This document shows positions 57,423 to 64,000 of a DNA stretch of 64,000 nucleotides, in pieces (position 1 is the first letter of the stretch; every line of letters begins with the position of its first letter). The stretch is from an uncultured Gammaproteobacteria bacterium (GTDB lineage: Bacteria; Pseudomonadota; Gammaproteobacteria; SZUA-229): contig CBFCZV010000011.1 in NCBI GenBank assembly GCA_965602855.1, positions 453-64,452 on the forward strand. The letters are read 5' to 3'. The position numbers and the translations under genes are program-made. Under the pieces are notes generated by a model. The model was not told the DNA's origin. It searched no databases and saw only the letters and a program-made list of their open reading frames with translations.

Positions 57423-58052
57423 ATGAGCAATCAACCCATAAATCACTACTACCGTCAGGCCAAATTCCTGATCAGCGCGGCCGCAACCAAACAATTCCCC
57501 AAAGGCGAGAGCATAGAAGTCGCCTTTGTCGGCCGCTCCAATGCTGGAAAATCCAGCTCAATCAACACCTTATGCGACAACAAGGGACTGGCCAAAATCT
57601 CCAAAACACCCGGCCGCACCCGTCTGGTCAACTATTTTGAAATGGATGAAAAACGCCGCCTGGTCGATTTACCCGGCTATGGCTTCGCCAAAGTACCCAA
57701 ACCCATCAAAGAAGAGTGGCAGAAGCTGATGGGGCAATACCTGGAACAGGAAGACGTTTTACGCGGCCTGGTCGTCATCATGGACATCCGTCACCCACTG
57801 AAAGACTTCGACCTACAGATGCTGGACTGGTGCCAGCACTTCAACATACCCGCCCATGTTTTACTCACCAAGGCCGATAAACTAAAGCGTGGCCCTGCTC
57901 AGGCCACACTGCTCAAATGCCGAAAATTTCTCAAAGAAGAAGGTTTTGACGCCACTATTCAGACTTTTTCCTCACTGAAGAAAACCGGCCTCGATGAACT
58001 GGTTGGCAAACTGAATGGCTGGATGGAACTGGAATCAGAAGGGTCAGAATAA
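57423..58052 (+). CDS. engB: ribosome biogenesis GTP-binding protein EngB/YihA
   Basis: 209 aa. G1 GRSNAGKSSSIN, DLPGYG, LTKADK. Confidence 0.92.
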   Translation: MSNQPINHYYRQAKFLISAAATKQFPKGESIEVAFVGRSNAGKSSSINTLCDNKGLAKISKTPGRTRLVNYFEMDEKRRLVDLPGYGFAKVPKPIKEEWQKLMGQYLEQEDVLRGLVVIMDIRHPLKDFDLQMLDWCQHFNIPAHVLLTKADKLKRGPAQATLLKCRKFLKEEGFDATIQTFSSLKKTGLDELVGKLNGWMELESEGSE

Positions 58053-58059
58053 AAAAATA

Positions 58060-58077
58060 CCCGGCCATAGGGCCGGG
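58060..58077. terminator. GC hairpin after engB (weak terminator candidate)
   Basis: CCCGGCC-ATAG-GGCCGGG. An A-run precedes it but no T-run follows on the plus strand. Confidence 0.35.
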
Positions 58078-58492
58078 CAATGAATAAGAACCGGCTTGGG
58101 GAAACCGATCCCACAATCAAGCTACCCAAGGGAAAGGATAGACTTGAAGCTTCCATAAAAATGGCTCACCCCTAATTAAAAACAAATCTGAAATGAAGTC
58201 AAAAGACTATCGATGGATGGTTGGAAAATGCCGCCTGAAGTGCAGATAGCAGCTCAAAACTCCTTTACCGACATTTTTAATGTTTCTTCTCTAAAACTTA
58301 AACCCTTATCCATAAAAATCAGAATAAGACTGACTATAGAAATAACTGATATAAATCAACTTTTTTTATATGTATATAGGCTTAAATTCTCTGGCTTTAT
58401 AATACCCGACCAATCTAGTAAGGATATATTTTTTCAGGATGATGCTACCAATAATAAAAATACGTCACTTGCAACAGCGCCATTAAAAGCCC

Positions 58493-59479
58493 ATGCAATA
58501 CGAACACCTGCCTAATCAGAAAACTCTATTCCATGATCAACCACTGCAGAGTGCCTTTGAACAGCAATCGGCACAAACTTGGTTGCCATTAGAGATTACT
58601 CAAATATCCGCTGGTGACTATAAGGGCAAGCTGCGGGTGATTAAACAAAATAACGTAAGCATTTTCTTTGAGCGTCAAAATTGTACGATACATAAACGCG
58701 GCATTATAGAAGACCAATCCTGCACAATCTCTTTCTCTCGCACGGCTGATACGCGACTGAGGTTTTCAGAATATAACCCTGGCAATGACTCACTATTTTT
58801 TCTCCCTGGAGGAACTGAATTTGATGCTCAGGTAGGCAGTGATACCGAGACGGTCTACCTTCGCTTCGAACAGTCACGCCTCCTGGAACGAGTAAGGGCA
58901 TTGAATCCCATACTCTGGGAGAAAGATCCGGACAACCTGCTGATGTTCGATACGCTTGATCGAAAACCTCTGGAAACATTTATAAATCATCTTTGCGCCA
59001 ATCCAAAATTTCAGGAAGATAGCGTGGTGGAACATGATTGCAATGTGCTGGGATCGTCGATTATGGATCAGGTGGTTATGACCTTGAACTCATCGTCCCT
59101 TAGTGAGGAGGCTTGTCCAGATTTAATTGCACGCCGCCGTGCGAGAAGCCTGGTGACGCAGGTTATAGAGCATATCGATGCAACGATGGCGAACCAGTGC
59201 TGCCCAAGCATAGTGGATATATGTGCGGATCTAAATGTAAGCCAACGCAACCTGCAATATAGTTTTAAAAAGATACTAGGACTCGCTCCCAATACCTATA
59301 TTCATCGCCTTAGACTCAATCGAGTTAATGCCCAACTGAGCAATCCAGCTAGTGACGATATTACGGTAACGCATATCGCCTCACGCTGGCATTTCTGGCA
59401 TTTAGGTCGATTTGCTAATGACTATCTGCAACTTTTTCATGAATTACCTTCCACAACTCTCCGCCGAGCTCTCGCATAA
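58493..59479 (+). CDS. AraC-family transcriptional regulator
   Basis: 328 aa. C-terminal double HTH (ICADLNVSQRNLQYSFKKILGLAPNTYIHRLRLNRV...IASRWHFWHLGRFANDY). Confidence 0.8.
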   Translation: MQYEHLPNQKTLFHDQPLQSAFEQQSAQTWLPLEITQISAGDYKGKLRVIKQNNVSIFFERQNCTIHKRGIIEDQSCTISFSRTADTRLRFSEYNPGNDSLFFLPGGTEFDAQVGSDTETVYLRFEQSRLLERVRALNPILWEKDPDNLLMFDTLDRKPLETFINHLCANPKFQEDSVVEHDCNVLGSSIMDQVVMTLNSSSLSEEACPDLIARRRARSLVTQVIEHIDATMANQCCPSIVDICADLNVSQRNLQYSFKKILGLAPNTYIHRLRLNRVNAQLSNPASDDITVTHIASRWHFWHLGRFANDYLQLFHELPSTTLRRALA

Positions 59480-59716
59480 TTTATCGTCTTTGCGAAAATC
59501 GGATAGCGCAAATTTATTCAACCATCTAACCTTCGGCCACGCAAATTCACTTAGCATGCCTCACTTTAGCTGATGCATTCTCAAGTACGCTTGGGCGCAT
59601 TTATGAAATAAATAGATAAATTAGTACTGAGATTTTTATATGCAGGAGCAACATCGGTTACATATCCACCTCAAGTCTGATGCAGACATAGCTGACTTTT
59701 AGGTCTGCGATGCATC

Positions 59717-60739
59717 ATGACTAAACCGTTACATTGGCTAGTACCAAGTTTATCTGTCTTATGCACCATAGCGTTTTTTTTCTGGTATTCACCACAGCAG
59801 CACAACGAAACTGAAAGCAATATTCTGCCTGCATTAGAAAATAATTTTGCAGAAGAACCAATTACCCCTATTCCACTTAATCTACAATTTGATACACGTA
59901 AGGTTGCACTGGGAAAACGTTTATTTCACGATAAGAAACTTTCCCGCGACAACACCACTTCCTGTGAGACTTGCCACGACCTTGCAGAAGGTGGCGTGGA
60001 TGGCCTACCTCGCTCGAAAGGTATTGATGAAAAAGAAGGCGACATAAACGCACCCACTGTATTCAACAGTGGCTTTAATTTCAGGCAGTTTTGGGATGGA
60101 CGCTCAGCCACGCTTGAAGACCAGATGATCTTGCCGATAGAAAATCCTAAAGAACTGGGATCAACAATGACTGAGATTATCATCAAGCTAAAAAAAGATG
60201 AAAGCTATCGTCGTGACTTTGCAGACATCTATCAACAAGATATACGGCCAGAGCATATACAGAATGCCATCACTACTTTTGAGCGTTCTTTGATCACCCC
60301 TAATTCAAAATTTGATCAGTTTTTACGTGGCAATAATAAGGCTTTGGACAAAGATGAACTAGCTGGTTATCAGCTATTCAAAAAACTCGGCTGCATCAGT
60401 TGTCATCAGGGCATGAATGTGGGCGGCAACATGTATCAGCGTCTCGGCATAGCGGGTGATTATTTTGAGGCCCGCGGCAATATCCAGGAGGTTGATTATG
60501 GTCGCTATAATGTTACAAAAAACGAAAAAGATCGTTTTGTATTTCGTGTTCCGTCATTACGTAACGTAGCTCTGACCGCACCCTATTTTCACGATGCTTC
60601 TGCTCACACCTTAAAACAAGCTGTTGCCACCATGGCTAAATTTCAGTTAGGTATAACTTTGCCAGCAGATGATATCGTTAAGGTAGTTAAATTTCTCAAT
60701 ACCCTGACTGGGGTTTATAAAGACGAGACGGACAAATGA
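59717..60739 (+). CDS. di-heme cytochrome c peroxidase (CCP/MauG family)
   Basis: 340 aa with N-terminal anchor or signal. CETCH and CISCH; FWDGRSATLEDQ, VPSLRNVALTAPYFHD. Confidence 0.88.
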   Translation: MTKPLHWLVPSLSVLCTIAFFFWYSPQQHNETESNILPALENNFAEEPITPIPLNLQFDTRKVALGKRLFHDKKLSRDNTTSCETCHDLAEGGVDGLPRSKGIDEKEGDINAPTVFNSGFNFRQFWDGRSATLEDQMILPIENPKELGSTMTEIIIKLKKDESYRRDFADIYQQDIRPEHIQNAITTFERSLITPNSKFDQFLRGNNKALDKDELAGYQLFKKLGCISCHQGMNVGGNMYQRLGIAGDYFEARGNIQEVDYGRYNVTKNEKDRFVFRVPSLRNVALTAPYFHDASAHTLKQAVATMAKFQLGITLPADDIVKVVKFLNTLTGVYKDETDK

Positions 60740-63264
60740 TCTCGGATTTTAAAAAGCATTTATTACAGTTGATTTTTTTCGCTCTGGCGATAGTTTTTTT
60801 ACTATTTCTTTTCGTCAAGCAACAACCGATCAACTCCAATGGTACACATCATTTACTTACCAGTGAACTTCGTGAATTACAATCACTCGATATAGAATTG
60901 AGTGAGTCAGTATTACAACATAATTATAAACTATTTCATAATTATGATGGCGTTGTTGGCACTATGCAGCGTATGCATGCACTCAGCTCTACCTTGCTGC
61001 GAAATCTTCAACGCGGCTTATTTCCCAACACCCCTGAAATTAAGCAGGCATTAAGCGAAATACAACAAAGCATTCAATTAAAGGCTTCCGCACTGGAAAG
61101 TTTCAAATCTAGTAATGCTGCATCAAAGACCTCATTAATTTATTTGCCTACCACTGTCGAAGACATACAGAAACAACTACACAGCTCTGATACATTGCAA
61201 CATGATCAACTTGACCATCTACTTATGGACACCATGCTGCTGATCACCAATCGAGGTCATTTTGAAAGCGAAACTATAAATAATAATATTTTTGCATTTG
61301 AGCAATCCATTCCTGATTTTCCTGAACATATTAAAGCATCAGCAATACTATCTATACGCTATGCAAAAAACATTTTAAACAATGAAAAAAACATAAAAGA
61401 ATTACTCTTACAACTTAGCTCTCAGAAAAAAACTCGTCTCGGAATAAAGCTCGAACAACTATATCTAACTTATTACCAACAACAACAGGACTCAGCTTCC
61501 CGCTACCGATTATTCCTGCTATTGACCGCTATGCTAGTGCTCGCTTATGCCTTTTATGCCTACTATAAAATGATAGGGAAAGCAGATCAGCTGCGTATCG
61601 CTGCCACCGCCTTTGAAGCACAGGAAAGCTTTATCATCACCGATGTTGATGGTGTAATTCAACGGGTCAACCAGGCCTTTACCGAGATCACTGGTTATAG
61701 CGCCGAAGAAGTTGTAGGACATACACCTCGCATGATTAAGTCAGGCCGACATAACCTGGATTTCTACAAAAAAATGTGGGGCTGCATTGAACGAACCGGT
61801 GCCTGGCAGGGAGAAATATGGGATCGACGTAAGAACGGTGAGATCTATCCAGCATGGCTTAGCATTACTGCTGTAAAAGGAACAGATGGCGCGGTCACTC
61901 ATTATGTTGGATCACACCTTGATACCACGGAACGCAAAGCATCCGAGGACAGAATAAAAAATCTGGCATTTTATGATTCACTGACGGGTCTACCCAATCG
62001 GCGCTTACTCGTAGATCGTATCGAACAGGAATTAGCATGCAGTGCTCGAAGCGGTCAGCAAGGCGCGTTGTTATTTATTGATCTGGACAATTTTAAAACA
62101 CTCAACGACATACATGGCCATAGCATTGGCGATTTGCTAATACAGCAGGTTGCGCAATGCTTAACCTTCTGTATCCGTAAGGGCGACACCATAGCTCACA
62201 TTGGCGCTGACGAATTCGTGGTGGTATTAAAAGATTTGGGCGTAGAACCCATTGAAGCGGCAGAAAAGGTAGAAACAATTGGCGAAAATATTCTCAACAC
62301 GATCGACCGATCTTACCAACTTGCCGATCACGAATACCAATGCACCGCCAGCATCGGCGCTAATTTATTCCTTGGTCATCAAATATCACATGAAGAGCTA
62401 ATAAAACAGGCAGACATTGCTATGTATCAGGCTAAAAAAGCTGGCAGCAATACCCTGCGCTTCTTCGACACGAATATGCAAACCGCGATCAACGCTCACG
62501 CATCCATGCTAAGCGAGTTACGCAACGCCCTCAGCGGTAAGCAATTTAATCTGTATTACCAGATTCAGGTGGACAGTTCGGGGCAAGCACTGGGTGCCGA
62601 GTCATTAATCCGATGGATACATCCTGAACGGGGCATGATATCTCCCGCAGACTTTATTCCACTTGCAGAGGAAACCGGATTAATTTTGCCCATCGGTTCT
62701 TGGGTGTTACAAACTGCCTGCGCACAACTCAATCAATGGGAGAATAACGAGTTAACACGGGATTTAACACTGGCGGTTAACGTCAGTGCCAAACAATTCC
62801 AGCAGGCAGATTTCGTTGTTGGAGTGCAAAACGCACTACTGGCAAGTGGCGCGAATCCTTCGAACCTCAAACTGGAACTGACCGAAAGTACCGTTCTGGA
62901 CAATGTCGAAGATGTCATCATCAAAATGAACGAAATAAAAGAATTAGGTGTCACTTTCTCAATGGACGATTTTGGTACCGGTTACTCCTCTCTACAATAC
63001 CTCAAGCATCTACCGCTTGATCAAATCAAAATCGATCAATCATTTGTACGCGATATTACTGCCAACGAAAACGATGTCAGCATCGTGCAGACCATCATCG
63101 CAATGACCTACGTATTAGGCTTCGATGTTATTGCCGAAGGCGTTGAAACAAAAATACAAAAGGAATTTCTTGACCAGCACGGCTGCCATAACTTCCAGGG
63201 ATATTTGTTCGGCAAGCCTATGCCCATAGATGAGTTTGAGGCATTGCTTAAACAGAGCGGTTAA
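60736..63264 (+). CDS. membrane sensor protein: periplasmic helical domain, PAS, GGDEF (GADEF variant), EAL (ESL variant)
   Basis: 842 aa. TM, then ~230-aa helical loop, then TM. PAS region (ITDVDGVIQRVNQAFTEITGY). LTGLPNRR...HIGADEFVVV. ESLIRW...ELTES...DDFGTGYSSL...KIDQSF. ATGA overlap with the peroxidase gene. Confidence 0.88.
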   Translation: MISDFKKHLLQLIFFALAIVFLLFLFVKQQPINSNGTHHLLTSELRELQSLDIELSESVLQHNYKLFHNYDGVVGTMQRMHALSSTLLRNLQRGLFPNTPEIKQALSEIQQSIQLKASALESFKSSNAASKTSLIYLPTTVEDIQKQLHSSDTLQHDQLDHLLMDTMLLITNRGHFESETINNNIFAFEQSIPDFPEHIKASAILSIRYAKNILNNEKNIKELLLQLSSQKKTRLGIKLEQLYLTYYQQQQDSASRYRLFLLLTAMLVLAYAFYAYYKMIGKADQLRIAATAFEAQESFIITDVDGVIQRVNQAFTEITGYSAEEVVGHTPRMIKSGRHNLDFYKKMWGCIERTGAWQGEIWDRRKNGEIYPAWLSITAVKGTDGAVTHYVGSHLDTTERKASEDRIKNLAFYDSLTGLPNRRLLVDRIEQELACSARSGQQGALLFIDLDNFKTLNDIHGHSIGDLLIQQVAQCLTFCIRKGDTIAHIGADEFVVVLKDLGVEPIEAAEKVETIGENILNTIDRSYQLADHEYQCTASIGANLFLGHQISHEELIKQADIAMYQAKKAGSNTLRFFDTNMQTAINAHASMLSELRNALSGKQFNLYYQIQVDSSGQALGAESLIRWIHPERGMISPADFIPLAEETGLILPIGSWVLQTACAQLNQWENNELTRDLTLAVNVSAKQFQQADFVVGVQNALLASGANPSNLKLELTESTVLDNVEDVIIKMNEIKELGVTFSMDDFGTGYSSLQYLKHLPLDQIKIDQSFVRDITANENDVSIVQTIIAMTYVLGFDVIAEGVETKIQKEFLDQHGCHNFQGYLFGKPMPIDEFEALLKQSG

Positions 63265-63355
63265 TCGGATCGATACCTAATTCTCAAGATCTTGCCCGCG
63301 GTCTTTGTGGTGAGTGCTTTTTTGAATGTCCGCAAGTTAAATCCGAATAACTTTA

Positions 63356-64000
63356 TTATTTGCTGCCAATCAGCTCACTTACTCGTTTTAATAAAGTTTG
63401 AGGTGAATAAGGCTTGAGAAGCAAGTTACCTTTTAGGTTATTGCTAACCATATCAACACTGTGACCATCACTATAACCACTGGTAAGTTGAATCTTAACA
63501 GCAGGGTATTTTTCCTGTATGAAGGATGCAAGTTGATAACCATTTAATTCTGGCATAATGACATCTGAAAGAACTAAATCAATAGATTCATTTTTCAAAA
63601 TTTCCTGTGCCTCCTTACCGTTTTCTGCACAAATAATATAATAATTATGCTGACTTAGTATTTCATAAGTCATATCTCTCAGTGCCAGCTCATCATCTAC
63701 TATTAATATAGTTTCTCCATTGCCAATATTAGCCTCATTATCATCTTGTTTAATTTCACCATTGCTGCCATCACTTCCTTGATATCGTGGAAAATAAAGG
63801 GTAAATTCTGAGCCATGGCCTGGTTCAGAGTGGACTTTAATCCAACCATTGCTGCGATTAACAAAACCATATACCTGGCTCAAACCCATTCCGGTACCGC
63901 CATCTCCTTTTGTGGAATAAAAAGGATCGAATATCTTTTTCATGACGTCTTCATTCATACCACAACCGGTATCCTTGATGCTGAGTGTTACATAAGATCC
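63356..64000 (-). CDS. hybrid sensor histidine kinase, C-terminal part (HATPase_c plus receiver); partial, N-terminus beyond window end
   Basis: FDPFYSTKGDGGTGMGLSQVYGFV (G2 box), then receiver ILIVDDE...DLVLSDVIMPELNG...LLLKPY. The frame stays open to the window edge. Confidence 0.8.
   Translation of the reverse strand, partial: GSYVTLSIKDTGCGMNEDVMKKIFDPFYSTKGDGGTGMGLSQVYGFVNRSNGWIKVHSEPGHGSEFTLYFPRYQGSDGSNGEIKQDDNEANIGNGETILIVDDELALRDMTYEILSQHNYYIICAENGKEAQEILKNESIDLVLSDVIMPELNGYQLASFIQEKYPAVKIQLTSGYSDGHSVDMVSNNLKGNLLLKPYSPQTLLKRVSELIGSK

Noticed and set aside
57143-57640. 165-aa plus-strand ORF spanning cytochrome c4 and the engB start
   Set aside because: It overlaps two well-supported genes, and its sequence is low-complexity His/Pro/Leu-rich.
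58213-58515. 100-aa ORF upstream of the AraC-family gene
   Set aside because: AT-rich, Ile/Lys/Phe-dominated, with no RBS. It overlaps the regulator start and is more likely promoter or leader DNA.

Overview
This looks like a chromosomal segment from a (probably marine) gammaproteobacterium. Housekeeping blocks support that call: tdh-kbl, glyQS-gmhB-plsC, greB, def, djlA, and engB divergent from cytochrome c4. The segment is very rich in c-type cytochrome biology.

Main contents:
1. A two-component system plus a PepSY gene lies next to a tandemly duplicated three-gene module (cytochrome b561, SHP-like monoheme c, diheme cytochrome c), at 1189-6870.
2. An integrase-less integron cassette array (CALIN) spans about 17982-21914. 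It has four complete 86-96 bp attC sites (one of them split by an IS) and one truncated site. An IS3-family element is inserted inside one attC.
3. The standout feature is a roughly 12.7 kb minus-strand operon of ten tightly or translationally coupled genes (32098-44783). It carries 49 canonical CxxCH motifs plus 3 CX3-4CH candidates. Its products are a YfhL-type ferredoxin, a 960-aa surface cytochrome with a GlyGly-CTERM sorting tail, a small Cys-rich membrane protein, a putative outer-membrane barrel, a heptaheme, an octaheme lipoprotein, a hexaheme, a NapH-like polyferredoxin fused to a multiheme domain, a triheme, and an NHL-propeller dodecaheme. I read this as a candidate non-Mtr extracellular electron transfer pathway.
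4. A complete dsbA-ccmIHGFEDCBA cytochrome maturation block and cytochrome c4 follow at 48914-57290.
5. A di-heme peroxidase gene is translationally coupled to a PAS-GGDEF-EAL protein at 59717-63264.

I recognised no rRNA, tRNA or CRISPR. All family calls rest on motifs read by eye; no database search was possible.
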